Source: Chrysomallon squamiferum
Lineage: Eukaryota; Animalia; Mollusca
Reading direction: 5' to 3'
Length of the DNA stretch: 64,000 bases
NCBI GenBank assembly: GCA_012295275.1
Contig: CM022670.1
Span: forward strand, 28,272,001 to 28,336,000
A program made the translations under genes and the position numbers. This document shows, one piece after another, positions 26,101 through 39,610 of the stretch (its first letter is position 1; each line of letters begins with the position of its first letter). The notes under the pieces are model-generated. The model did not search any database. It had not been told where the DNA came from and saw nothing but the letters and a program-made list of their open reading frames with translations.

Positions 26101-29100
26101 CACAAAAAACCCAACAGGAACACAAATCAGTGTGTGATGTAGATTACGAGTATTATTTTAATGAAAGTAACAGAAACAAAATGTCTAAATAAAACATTTT
26201 TGTGTCACATGCACAAAAGATGTGTCACATATTTTACAATCCAAACTTGCTCGAGGAAAAAAAAATTACAGGTTTTTACATATTGTAAAAAAATAATGAT
26301 GCATTGAGATAATGGTGTTTCAAGAAGAAAAAATATGCATTGAGGATCTTTTTAAGAAGATTAAAATAACAGTTCAACATCTATTTCCTATCAACCTCAG
26401 TGAACTAACTCACTAGGCCAGCTTTTGCCTCATGACTGGTTCATTTGTTTTATGTCCTTCATTTAGTGGTATACTGAACCATTTCCAACACAGAAACTAT
26501 TTCATAATGCATACCAATACATTTAAGAATCATAACAGAAAATACAACAAGATGAACTTGACAATATTAAACAAAATGCTCTTATCTTCAGTTACATTTG
26601 TGTATTTTCCTTCTTTTTAATGAACAGCATCAATAATTTTTACTTGATTATTTGATTAAATCAGTTGATGACCAAATATTTTATATTATGGAAATAAAAT
26701 TGATTTTACATTCTTATAATTTCACTGATTCTTTAAATAAATCAAGCACCAAATGATACATGAATATTTAAAATCAAAGAAATAAAGTTAATCTATACCT
26801 CAGATATAAATTTCAAATAAAAAATTATTATTTGCATTACATTTTTATTATGTTTACCTAAAAACCTCAAATTTGTGTTTGGGATGAAAACAAATTGATA
26901 ATAATAATAATTAAAATAAAGACAATCTATTATCTTGATGGATCATTTTTATGAATGATAACCAGTTTATATTTCCCTGCTAGTTGCTTTCTTGTTAATT
27001 TCGAAAATGCATATCAGTATTACGCCAGGCAACAATGCCTCCCTTTCACATTTCAATTCTGATGTTGTCTGCAGTGCATTATTCACATGAAACCCATTTG
27101 AAAAAGACCCAGACTTTTATTTTCATAGCTGCAGATATAAAAGTCAAGGTCCAACTGGATTCATTTTGCATGAATTGACAATGAATGATGACTCAGATGT
27201 ATCAAGAGGAAAAGCATTTATGACTTCATTTGAGACTAAATGCTTAGCCTTTGAATATTGCACAAATGTGTCGAGCATTCTTATTTGGAATTACAGAACA
27301 AGTACTATTGGCCATAACTTCTTCCTTCTGCCAATGATAATGGTCAAGATGATCACACCTTCTAACAAATTAATATTCCTTTTATAACAGTCCATTGCAG
27401 AAAGACTGAGCATTTTACTAGCACCAGCCCACAAAAAGATCTTTTCAGACATAATTACCATGAAGACAAGATTGATGGAACTTAGAGTTGTTGCATTCCC
27501 TTGATTATTGCAAAAGAAAATGGTAATGGCCGACCCATTGACTGCACTCTCAGATTGGTTCCTGTAATTTTATTGGCATTGCATGCAAATCAAATTGAAA
27601 AGGTTGAGTTTATTGACAGTTTTGGATTAGTCTTTTTGGCTATTACTACCTTGGGATTTTGTAGGAAATTTATTTTATGGTTAACCAGGAAAGTGGAAGT
27701 ATTACATATGCCAATGGGTGTAAGACCCGACAGGCTGTAAAATGATATTTGTGTCAAATTTCTTTCTAAAATAAATGATTACAACTGATACTGCTATCTG
27801 TGTTGTTAATCATTATGGTCGATAGTACGTGTTGTAATTCCAAATCATTCTTAAACTGAAGGTTTTATTGCTATACAGCTAGAGTGATGTAACATCTAAA
27901 TTTTATGTTTTTATGAAATTATTTTGATCCATTTTGATAACCCAAATGATAGATGACACTGGGAAATTGTTCATATTTGAAACTGTTATTATTGTTTCAG
28001 CTTCAGTGATGTAAAAAAGATTTTGTATAATGTTGATGAAATTACATTATAATTTAAAACTGGCTTGAGTCTATATTGTTTTGTTTTATTTCACCATCAG
28101 TGATAAAACACTTTATACTGAGAATCTGTCTTATTTGGAAGATTTTATTATTTTACTTATATTTATGTGGATCTCAAATTATTTTGTGATTTCAAAAACC
28201 TGTTTCAATTTTTATTTCCTCATTTGTGATGCATGAAATGTATCTTTATGAAATTGTGTACTTTGTTAAGAAGATCAGTGAAGACAACAAAAAAACAAAC
28301 AATTTAGCTAATTGTTTTATACTAATAACATGGAATAGTTTTAGAATTTTTTGTTTTCTTTCCAATTTTTTTTCTAATTGTATTTTATTGTATGACCATA
28401 ATAATACATGATCAATTTATCTTTGTTTTTTAAAAATAATTTTCTGCATATTCAGAAACTTTAATGTTTAAACATAATAAAAAATTCAGAAAATTTACTT
28501 TATTATGTTACAATTTTTAGAATCTGTTTTGGTTTTCTTTTTCATCTTTTGTACATAAAAACTTAATGAACCTGATTCCTACCCGTTTAATGAAATGTCT
28601 TCCACAAATGTACTGCAACCAAAAACTTCAACAAAAAACCCAACATCAACCCTCAAGAACTAAAACAGATTTTTTTGGTAACAGACTGAATGCCTTTGTA
28701 TTCACTCTGCTGATTTTCTAATGAATCCTGAACAAGACTTTTATTTGATTTACTGATGTGTGCAGAGCCTGTACATTTTCTTTCATCAGTCTCAGCTTGA
28801 GGTGGGCCATGGAAAACTCTTTAGTAAAATGTAGCTGTGTTGTTCTTGATGATATTTTAAACCTGCCAGGTAATTAGTGTCCATTAACAGGTTTCCTTTT
28901 ATAACTCTGGAGCAGAGGGTCTGGCTGTAAAGAGTCTGAGACCAATAAAACTGCCCTGATTTCACTTACTGCAAGTCATTACCTCTCTCCATTCCTGCTT
29001 CTTTCACCACCTCCAGGAAACCAGTAATGTTTATCTTCCCTTTTGCTTATTTTCACTAACTTGTCCTTCTGTATGTTAGAGACAGGAAAGGAGAGAGAGA

Positions 29101-29919
29101 GAGAGAGAAAAAAAAAAAAATTCATGTCTTGATTTGTTTATCTTTGTTTCATGCTTTTAATTTAGAGATGGTTAGACTAAAAAAAAAAGATTAGATTCAA
29201 ATTTTTAGTATCTGTTTTAGAGTACAATTTACAAATTCTCATTTTGTTTAGAATTTGCAGCAACGCAATCCATATATTTATGTTCCTTCATTAGGCAATA
29301 TAATATGTATTTGTCTCATGTTACCTGATTTTTATAAAAATAAAATAAAATAAAATAAAATAAAATAAATTAAAACAGTTTTCATTTAAAATTAAAAAAC
29401 TTGTATTAGTTTTTACTTGTTTTTTCCATAACAACTAACTGGAACTTACTAAATTTTTACACAAACATGATGCCTTCAACATAGAAGCCTCTCTATTTCA
29501 ATAATTATATATTCCTATAAAATCTAACAGAAATCTAAGTGTCACATTTATTTTCAATGGATATATATTAATTTGCATGGGGCTTCAGTTGTTTACTGGA
29601 GATAACAAAGCACTGTTTGCCATGGACATTTTTCTATTATTTGGCATGCCTAACTCCAATAAATTGTGCTCTGGCATTGCTTTGGATTAAGTGTGTGTAA
29701 TCTGACTAGCTTATTTACACGTGCTATAGAGAGATTAACACTTTTGTCAACTGTTGACTCAACCTCCAGTGGGGTAGGGCTGTGTCCTCCTTGCAGTGAG
29801 CTAATCCTCCACTTGACTGAGCCTGAAAAGAGCTTTTCACATCTTAGACACTTCTCTGAATGCAGATTTTAATTTATTCCTTTTTTTAAATTGCTAGCAG
29901 AGTAAATGTTGTATGGAAA

Positions 29920-30125
29920 GAAATTAATGTTTAATGACAACACATTTTTCAGTAAATGGTTATTAGGTGTCAAACATGATTTTTTAAATTATAATGATTT
30001 ATTTATAAATTGGTGATAAATGATAGGAAATCAGTTGTCACCATTCTATATATTAATACTTAGTGATTAGCAACAAGTGTCATTTGTGTGCCCATAAACA
30101 GAAAATAGAAAATACAGTCCTAATT
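29920..30125 (-). mobile_element. Decayed SINE fragment (tail to central domain)
   Basis: TTTAATGACAACACATTTT...GTCAAACATG...GATAGGAAATCAGTTGTCACC...GATTAGCAACAAG...CCCATAAACAG is collinear with the copies at 14420-15040 and 4985-5165. Confidence 0.55.
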
Positions 30126-31289
30126 TAAATAGGTTTGCTGTGATTATTGTTTATTGGAATGGGTTTTATATTTAAACAGTTTAATCAGATAATTGATAAA
30201 TTGAGTTATAACAATGTCATTCAGGTGTAAAGTTTGCATTCATGAGTAAACTTTTAATAAGAAAGTATTGATTACCTGTTACTATTACGGCAAGTAACAT
30301 TTAGACCAGTTTCTTCATAACAAACATATTTTCAGTTCTATTTAAAATTCTCTCTCTCTGTCTTTGTTTTTATTTATTTATTGCTTTTATTTATTTATTT
30401 ATTCATTTATTTTTTTTATTTTTTTGTTGTTTGGGTTTTAACAATTTATTTGTTATTATTTATTTATTTATTGATTTTTACAGATTTATATAGTTTGAAG
30501 TAAAACAAATTATATTAAATAAAGAAAGAAATATTATGTATTTTATTATCTTCACAATGAAAGAAAAAGCTCTGCACCTATTCATAATTTTTTATATGAA
30601 CTGAAACCAGAAATAAAAAACCCTAAAACTCCACATCAGATGATAGCAGTTTTAAGATTAAAATGTTGACAAATTTCTAAGTTTTTGTGACACCCTTGTT
30701 TCTCAGATGTGAGCCAACCAGCAGCTGTTGAAACACATCACTTAACTAACCACAAATTATCCTCATAATTAAGATGGTTGTGAGGTTTTGGCAAGAGATA
30801 CATTTCACTTGGTTTTCATCCCATCAACAATTAGAATGCCACTGGGAGAGAAAATGACACCTATAATCTGCCACAGAAAACAGTCAGACGGGATTACTCC
30901 ACTGCTGGGCTGCCTGTTATTGTGTCACATGCAGAAATCAACTCCTTGTCCCCATGGATCCTAGGGTATCAAAGATAACAAGATTGGTGATTTCTGATGC
31001 AGTTTTTCCATCTTCTCTGGAAATGCGATCCCAGTTCAGTCTGACAGGCTTGACTAGTTGATGGAAATTTGTCCTGAAGATGAGAGATTGTGTGAGACAA
31101 TGATTTCAACAGGTCACAGGACTGTAGCAAGGTTTTGTTAGCAGTAGTATTGATACACAGTTTGTGAGGATGGTCTGGGATGTTAAGATGGAGTAGACAT
31201 TGATTTCCACTTATTAACCTCTGTCTCTAACTTGTGATTTAATAACAGGCTGAGGTATCACCTCAGGCAGTATGAGATCTCTGTGTAAA

Positions 31290-31730
31290 ATTCTCTTTGA
31301 TTGATATGTGGAGTTATTTCCCATTCTGATCACTGCTCTTTGAAATTGCTCCATTATCCTGTTAACTTAATAATAATGGAATCCACCATAGTCATTATAA
31401 GGTTTCAGAGTAAATTCTTTTTGATAGGAATTTAGAGCTATTTCCCATTCTGGTCTGTGCTGAGTCAAATTGTTTCACTGTTCACCTAACTTAATAATAA
31501 ACAAACTGAGCTACAGAACTCACCTTGGCATTATGAAAGCTATGAATAAATATATCCTCTTTGGTAGACCTTTTGAGTTTTTCCCATTATGATCAGTGCT
31601 CTGTGAAATGATCTCATTATTCAGTTAATGTAATAACTTGCTGGGTTAAGAACACACAACAGACATTATTAGGTTTCAGGATAGATCTTTTTGACAGATT
31701 TTGTTTTTCCTATTCTGATCAGTGCTCCAT
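31290..31730. repeat. Degenerate 124-139-bp tandem repeat, about 3.5 copies
   Basis: TTCC(C/T)ATT(C/A)TG(A/G)TC..TGCT at 31318, 31442, 31581 and 31707. Confidence 0.85.
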
Positions 31731-31734
31731 GATC

Positions 31735-31835
31735 AGTCCTTTCCTGTCTCTGGAAAAGTACATACCTAAATATCTCTTGCTTCAGATGATTAAGGACAGC
31801 CCATGAAATAGCGGAAGCAGATTTCATTTCTGACA
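31735..31835 (+). mobile_element. Decayed SINE central-domain fragment
   Basis: TCCTGTCTCTGGAAAAGTACATACCTAAATATCTCTTGCT...AGCCCATGAAATAGCGGAAGCAGATTTC parallels 36270-36350 and is the opposite orientation of the 21238 copy. Confidence 0.55.
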
Positions 31836-32695
31836 TTTTTGTTACAAAATATATGTTTGTGTTTAAATAGCTATTAATAGCTTCTTTTTATATCTTTAAT
31901 ATTCCTAGTAGGAAGGAGGACAAATAAACATAAATTGAAATGGTTATTCTTTATTATAAACACTGTTGGTTAAATAAATTCTGAAAAGAGAAATATCAAA
32001 GTCATTGATTTTTATATAAACATAACTATGTGAAATTTAATAAAATACAAAAATAAGTTAATTTTGAAGATCATTTTTTTTTTTTACCAGGCCTTATTTT
32101 GATATCTTTATTGGAACTTGATTTTTGTGTTTGAGGGGGGTGGTGTTTTAAACAAAAAAGAAATCTATCTATTATAATTTCTAATAGAGTCCAGCTGAAC
32201 GCTTTAAACTGAATCACTGGTGCTGTTTACATGATGGTCATGGTAACAAAAGGAGACTACAAAGACATAGCTTTGAGGAGACTTGTTTTGAAAAAGTATT
32301 TACATCTTTAAAATGTTACTGTAAAATAAACAAATGAAATGATGAAGGCTGCTTTCAGATACCAAAGATTCCTAAATTTGGCTCATTTTTTTTATTCCAT
32401 CTCTTTCTAAAACAAGATTATATATACAACATTCCCAACAGTACTTAAAACTGTATAACAGATATATACAACATTCCCAGAATCACTTTTAACTGACCTG
32501 TATCCAGTCTGTATAAAACCCATACACTAGATAATTGTAAATTGCAGTTTATAAACAGGTGTACACTAAAATCTTTCTGCAGGGCTGTTTCCTATTGACC
32601 TTGAAAGTTGAAAGTTTTAAAAAAGATTTTTTATTTTATTTTGTTTTATTGGTGTTTTTTTCATTAAAATGTTAGAAAGAAGAAATTCTTTGCAG

Positions 32696-32998
32696 ATAAA
32701 GCAGCATGTTTATTCCAACTTCGTGCTTGGAAACACGAAATAAGACACCACTCCTATTCCCTGGTGTTTATCTTTTATTCTTGTGGCAGACGCCAACAAC
32801 TTTTTAAACCAATCTCTCATAATGCCTGATTTTCAGCTTATGGAAATCGGAGAGAGAAGCTACAGCTTGCCTTAGCCAATGTGTTAGTCTTTTTTTCTTA
32901 ATGCTGCGTGGGGCCAAGCGCTTCAGAGCTCAAACAAATTGGTCCCAATTCCCTGGAAGATGTCAGTTAAAAAAATGGAATGTTAATCAGTTCTGTAG
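32696..32998 (+). other. Candidate non-coding (UTR or lncRNA) exon, CpG-retaining and hairpin-rich
   Basis: ttctttgcag| at 32695 and TAG|GTAAGT at 32998; stops in all three frames; 6 CpGs in about 230 bp against a depleted background. Confidence 0.35.
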
Positions 32999-33114
32999 GT
33001 AAGTTCTTCTCTTTTTTATCTCCTTTTTTTTTCTTCTTCTATGTATGGGGTGAACTCTCACAAATTGGTCCTACCTTTCCTTGGACGTGTTAGTTAAAAA
33101 CTTGGAATGTTAAC
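32935..33114. repeat. Local ~53-bp direct duplication
   Basis: CAAATTGGTCC...AGTTAAAAA..TGGAATGTTAA at 32935 and 33061. Confidence 0.85.
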
Positions 33115-36100
33115 TTTTCTTCTTTCTTTTTTTTTTTTTGTAGATGAAGTTTTGTACTATTCAGCATGTACAGATATGACTGTGTGTTGAAGGGAATGTC
33201 TTTTTTGTGTGTTTTTAACCCTTCTACTGGTACTGCTGGCTTCATCTGCATGGCATATCTTGTTAGATGGGATGGTAAATGTCAGAATACTGCCAACAAC
33301 AAACCAAGGTTAAGGTTTTTTTTTTTTTTTATTTATGAAGCAAAGATGTTCTGAAGACAACTGACCTTTTAGAACATATGAGTTTTATACATTTAGTATG
33401 TTTTCCCTGTTTTTCCATTCATACTTGCATTTTTCACACATGGCTAACTGGACATTCTGTTTTTCTTTCATGAAGTGAAAAAAGAAAAAGATTTTCAAAA
33501 ATGTTTGCAAGACAAGATAAAGGAAATGATTTACCAGTTTTATTAATTTATGCTGAAATAATGTCTTAACAGCAAGGAATTATTTTAAAACATTTTTTTT
33601 TTTTTTTTGTTTTAATTTTTTTTTTTTATTTTTTTATTGAAAAGGGAGAATTATTTAGGTAACAACAATTTGTCCCAAGATATTTAGATTATTATAGAAG
33701 GATGTATACTTATCAGATCATGATTAATATTGCTGTTGTTATAATCACTGTAATTATTATTATTATTTTTATAATTAACAGTATTTTACTAACCATCATG
33801 ACAATTTAAACATTATTGTTATTGTTGTTGTTATTATTATTATTTTATTACTGTTATAATAATATAGTCTTTATGTTGTTACTGGTGTTCCATAGTATCT
33901 AAAACAGACTAAATAAATTCATTTTACTGTTGTTGATAGCCCTACCCCAGGAGAAACCAGGGGCAGAAGCAAGTGATCATGTAGTTAATATTTTCATTTA
34001 AAAGTTTACTCCCTGATGATCAGTGACATATTATTTGAGATGGTTTCAGTGTTTCTGTTCAAGCATTAACTTAATATTACATGTCTTTTATTGTTTAGAA
34101 CATGAATCTAGAATTCATATCAGTATATTTTGATTTGAACTGATTTTTTCACTCAATAGTACTCTACAAGGATTGGATCTTACTGCCCCCTAATGTTAAT
34201 TTTTTTATTGACAGTTTGGGAAATAAATAATAATACTCATTTGCTTGCTGCCACCATGATTATTTTTCTTAATCTTATTTAGTGAATTTGTTCTTTTTAT
34301 GTTGTTTTTATTATTATTATTATTATTATTTTTTTTTTTTAAATGAGCTCTGTTATAATATATTCTTGAACAATATTGGTTTGCCATATCTGAAGTAAAA
34401 AATAATGTAATCAAATTATCAAAACTTACTAATATTCTGATATTATAAACTTCTACTGAAACTTAGTTTTCCAATAGCAACAAATGATCTTTTATATACA
34501 TTTGTTCATAGACAGGACATTAAATACCATGGCCTTAAGTATCAGCAGTATAATATACCTACATATCAACAGAATTATAAAGTAGATTTCAGAAATACGT
34601 CTCATAACCACTGCCAGAGATGTACAATAATTTATGTACATAAGCAAGATTTTATAAGTACTTTAATATCTGCAATATTATGTCCATAAATAAGCATAAA
34701 AGGTATTGTTTTATTGATTTATAAAACATGTTTAAGAATTAATATCAGTTATGCTGTGATTTCACACACACATGAATACCATTCCAGTAGATTTGTATTT
34801 GAAATGTGTGGGAACTGGGTCATTCCATGCACTTTTTAATTCTCAGCAAGGTCTAACAGTCATAATTTATTTACATTAATAATGGCTCCTTTCTTGATTT
34901 TTTAAATTAACACCACATGAATACTGCAAGTTCACTGAAGCTATTTTATTCTGTACATTCAGTCTGGCCACAAATGAAAACTCTTTAGTTTAGCCATATT
35001 TTTTTACCTTTGCGTACCCTTCATTCAGTGTATGAGAAGTAGGACAGTACAGATTTTCATGTGCTTGTTGTGGTTATATGTTTTTGTAAAACCAATATAC
35101 CACTGATCATAGAGAGATATGTGTATAAGTCCTACAACCTTATGAATACTGCCGGTATTATGTTATAAATATATGTTTATATACACTAGTTTATTCTTTC
35201 ACTGACACTTTTTTTTTACATCGTGGGAGTGAAGGAAAAAAGAAAGCTATTTTTTATTACCCTAACAATCGCTTTAAGAGCTTGTTGTCAGCTGGATTAT
35301 AGCTTTAAATTGGTTTGATGTCTATCAGAAAGAACGAAGTCACGTATAGCCAGTACAATAGATATATACCTGTCCTTTTGTGGTTTCAAAGTACCATTTA
35401 AGATGATTTTACTCACACAAACAACACATGCTTGGTTTCCCTTTCATAACCTCTGCTCTCTCATGTAATTCACAAAATGTTTTGTGGCTTCAGTCATTCT
35501 CATGGCGTGAATTCTGTTCAGTCAACATAGAACTAAAATCTCCTTTAAAAGTAGCTAGAGTACAGAATTATGACCATTTTTAAGAAAGTAATAAATTGAA
35601 GTCAGAAAGCGAAATGTTTTCTCCTTTCCCCCCCATATTCTTCATCTCTTTGATGTCTGAACACTGGAGTTGGGGGTTAATTTCAGAATAAAAAGAATTA
35701 CTGCTGGGTTTTCTTTGATGTCCATGGTTATTGTTTCCCTCCTGGTTTATGGGACAGTTGTGGCCTAAGATCACAAGTGCAGACAACTAGTTTAGATTAT
35801 TTGAAGATAATGAAGCATGTCCATTGGGTTAGAAGGGATCACTTTCACCTCCAAGCTGTAATAACACACATACACAGACGCACATATATACATATATATG
35901 ATGGAAACTGTGATGTCATTCCAGTCATGAAATTAGATTTTTGCTTCATTTTCTTGAAAAGAGAATTCTGGGTATGTCGGTCCATCAGACACAATCAGTC
36001 ACAGATAGGTCAGTCTTAGATGAACAAACAGTCAGTAGAGTAAAAGTCAATCTCCACTGTCAGATCAATCTCATTCTCTAATCCAATATTTTTATCTCTC

Positions 36101-36204
36101 AGTACATCTTAAATCTCACCACCTCACACTTTCTTACTCATCCACTTTTTACTTTCATTAACTGACCCACTATAAAAAAAATAAGTTCTGGTGTGTGTAT
36201 CTCT

Positions 36205-36366
36205 TGAGATTTTGTTCTGTTCCAGCCAGTTCCCCATGACTGGTTTATTAAAGCGCATGTGTGTTTTTTGTTTCTGGAAGGTACATTAAAAGATCTCTTG
36301 CCACTAAGTCAAATGAGCAACCTTTGGAAAACTGATAGGAGATTTTCATTTTCATTTCACAGCACA

Positions 36367-36404
<38 letters not shown>

Positions 36405-36500
36405 TATTAAGAATTAACTAAAAAAAAAACAATACGATTGACACAATGCGTATTAGTCCTTATATATGTTCAGAATACATTAAATAAATATTCATTCATT
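36205..36500 (+). mobile_element. Decayed SINE, long copy interrupted by (CA)n
   Basis: GTTCCAGCCAGTTCCCCATGACTGGTTTATTAAAG...TAAAAGATCTCTTGCCACTAA, ending in TTAAATAAATATTCATTCATT; related fragment at 38185-38310; (CA)n at 36363-36402. Confidence 0.65.
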
Positions 36501-38481
36501 TGTTCATCTGTTCATTTGTTCCTTTATTCAATTGTCATTCATTCTGATCTTCATTCATTCTTTAAGTTTGCCAATTTCATATCTTGTATCTTTCTTGCAA
36601 TCAATCCATATTTTTGAATCTCATAATTTCATTTATCTTTCCATCCGTACTTGGTGAAATAATCCCAGAACACAGTAAACAGCACAGGTTGTATGGGACT
36701 GATTTTCTGTATCAAATATTACATTCTGAAATGTCTGTGGACAGCAGAATTGTATTGATGAAGCCACTGACATGGGAATTGCAGAGAATTACTGACAAAG
36801 AATCCAAGATTAAAGACGATTGCATTGGAATGATGAAAAGCAGCACGGGTCAGCATAGGTCAAACATCAGCAACATTGCAGCCTGTCTGAAGTGGATTTT
36901 CTTTTCTTTCCTTAAGGTCATTTTACTAATTTTGCAAACTGGCCAGTCCTCCCCTGGGAAATAACTTTAGTGTTATATTTCCAGAATACATGATTAGATT
37001 GAGAAACCTGTTGTGCTGAAAGACAGGCAGAACAAATACGAAGTTTGTTCCTGGAAGCAGAACCACTAAGTTAATAACACAAATGTGAGTCTTCTAAGTT
37101 TTCTTAGAGACTGGTAAACAGATATTACTGTATGATATAGGCAAAAACAAACACATTAACTAAATAGATTATAAAGATTTTTTTTACTCATTGTTTTATT
37201 ATAATTACTTTCAATTCTTATTATTCTTATTACTGCAACTACTACTATTCTACAATCACTTTGACTACTATTACTACTACTGCTACTATTGTTATAGTTG
37301 CTATTTAGTGTCCTGCATTTTCAAAGTAATAAAATGACTATTAATTTTAACTTACTCAAAGTACATTAAAAAAACATTTTCTCAAAAGTTGTTCTTCTTT
37401 GTAAGTTTTTCATCCTAGCTGTTTACTTTGAGACAACTGAACTTAAGCATATTTTAATAAAACTGATCTTTAACTACAGATATTTTCTCCCACTGAAAAA
37501 TACTGTTCACAGTAAATACGTTATTTAATTATATTAACACTACAGAATTAATATATATACATATATATATATATAAAAATAATTTTAAAAAAGTTTCTAA
37601 AATTGAAATAAACTGAATTAGTCTATTATAGAGACATCAAGGTTGTTTGTTTTATTGGGTTATTTCATTTTTTTTGTGTTTTTTGTTTTTTTGTTTAGGA
37701 AGGGTATCAAGATTTGTTCTTATTCACTCAGATATCATGTCAACGCATTAGCTGTAATCTGAACATTGTCATGAACAAGAGATGAAGTTACTCCATCTTT
37801 AAAATCCTTTTTACAGCTTCTATTCAGAGATTTGTGAATCTTTTGTTTCTGTGTTGGAGGCTTGGTTATCACCAAGTAACATGTGTTTAATGTGGCCAGC
37901 AGCAGCAGCTACAATTACAGATATTTTACTTTGTGTAGTTTGATGTTATTCCAAACCAGAGAGATCAGCAAATCTTCATGTTAGTGGGAAAACTGATGGG
38001 GATATATTTCATCAAGATTTTCACTGGAGACAATGGATAATGGGAGTCTTGTTGCTGGTTTTGGGCAGTTTTCATTTTATTTATTATTTTTATTTTTATT
38101 TTTTTTATTTAGTCCAGAAAAAGGAAAGAAAAAAATTGTAATGTTATACGAAATAAGAAATAACAGCTCATTGTCCACACTGAGGCTGTTTCCTATTCCT
38201 GGTTTATCAAAGACTATGCTATGTGAACTTCTTTTTATTGCAAAAGTACATGCAAAACATTCCTGGTAGCCAGTGAATATGAATGTGTAGAGAAAGCCTC
38301 CTCTATCATGTCATTATTACACACATACATGTACATGGATGCACAGACTTACACATACATGCGCACACACACACATTCATCCCAATACACATACATGTTC
38401 TCATCTTGAAAATATCTTTGAAACATGATGATGTTAAATATTTGTTTGTTTCTTTCACTGAACATATTTCAGAATTAAAAA

Positions 38482-38513
<32 letters not shown>

Positions 38514-38879
38514 CTGAATACTGAAACTTAAAGAATACGGTTACATCTTCTTTTGGCTCTCACATGGCCTAACTTCATGTCCAAACTGATTTATTTTTGA
38601 AATCAAGATCATCAATTTTTAGCACCAAGTGTCTGTTTAATTCTTCAAAGGAGAGCAATCCTAATTTCCTATTAGAAAACTGCTGTTTGCTGTGTTTTCT
38701 GATGTGGAGGAGATCTCAGCTACTTGGTGTTAAAAGATCAATTTAATTAATTTGGTAATCTATACTGATAGTGTTAAAGACTTCTAGCTGATAGCATTTC
38801 AAACATGCATTTTAATCTTGTATATTATTACAGCTTTTACCAGTTACCACTTTCTTCTCAGAAGTTATTAGAATATTTT

Positions 38880-39610
38880 TCAATATTGTTTTCTTTTAAT
38901 TTGAAATAACCTCTTTAAAGAGAATTTCAAATTTTCAGTAGTTATTTAAAAACTTAAATACAAATTACTATGTTTTAATGTCAAAAAGATATGAAGTAAT
39001 CACTTTTTTTAAGTAGCTATTAAAATTGTTTTGTATTTGGTTATATTATTATTATTATTTTTTTTTTTTAATTATTTTATTAATATTATTATTATTATTA
39101 TTTTAATATAAAAAAATGCTTGGACAAAAGCAATGTTTAAAAAAAAAATTCATCAAATTTCCTTTTTGGTAGCTGTTATATTTTTTTGGTTTTGTTTTTT
39201 AATAAAATGATATTACTTTGAAATAAAGTCTTTAAAACAGTTAAAAAACAACAAAACAACTTATAAGTTCCTTTTTGTTCTTTAGAAGTTGTTCGATATT
39301 TCCTTCATTATAATTAGTTTAGAAAGAAAACATTACTTTGAAATTGCCCAAAGATTTCAAAAATGAAAACAAAGACTAATCTCATCAAAGAACTTTCACA
39401 GGTGTATTTTGTAATAGTTGTTAAAAGATATTTTGATTATTTGATTTGTTATTATTTGTTTTAAAGAAAAATTACTTTGAAATAAAATCTTGAAGTACAG
39501 AACATTTGTTTTACTTTTTAAAGAACTTTTACAAATTTCTTTTGTAATTGGTACTAAAACACTTCTTGATTAATTCAGTTTTAAATAAAATTATTTGAAA
39601 TAAAGATTAA
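38880..39610. repeat. Degenerate ~120-140-bp tandem array
   Basis: ATTA(C)TTTGAAAT at about 39212, 39332, 39471 and 39590, with shared AAAGAACTTT(C/T)ACA flanks. Confidence 0.6.

Noticed and set aside
36584-36964. 126-aa ORF with somewhat protein-like composition
   Set aside because: TTG start, no recognisable motif and no convincing flanking splice sites.
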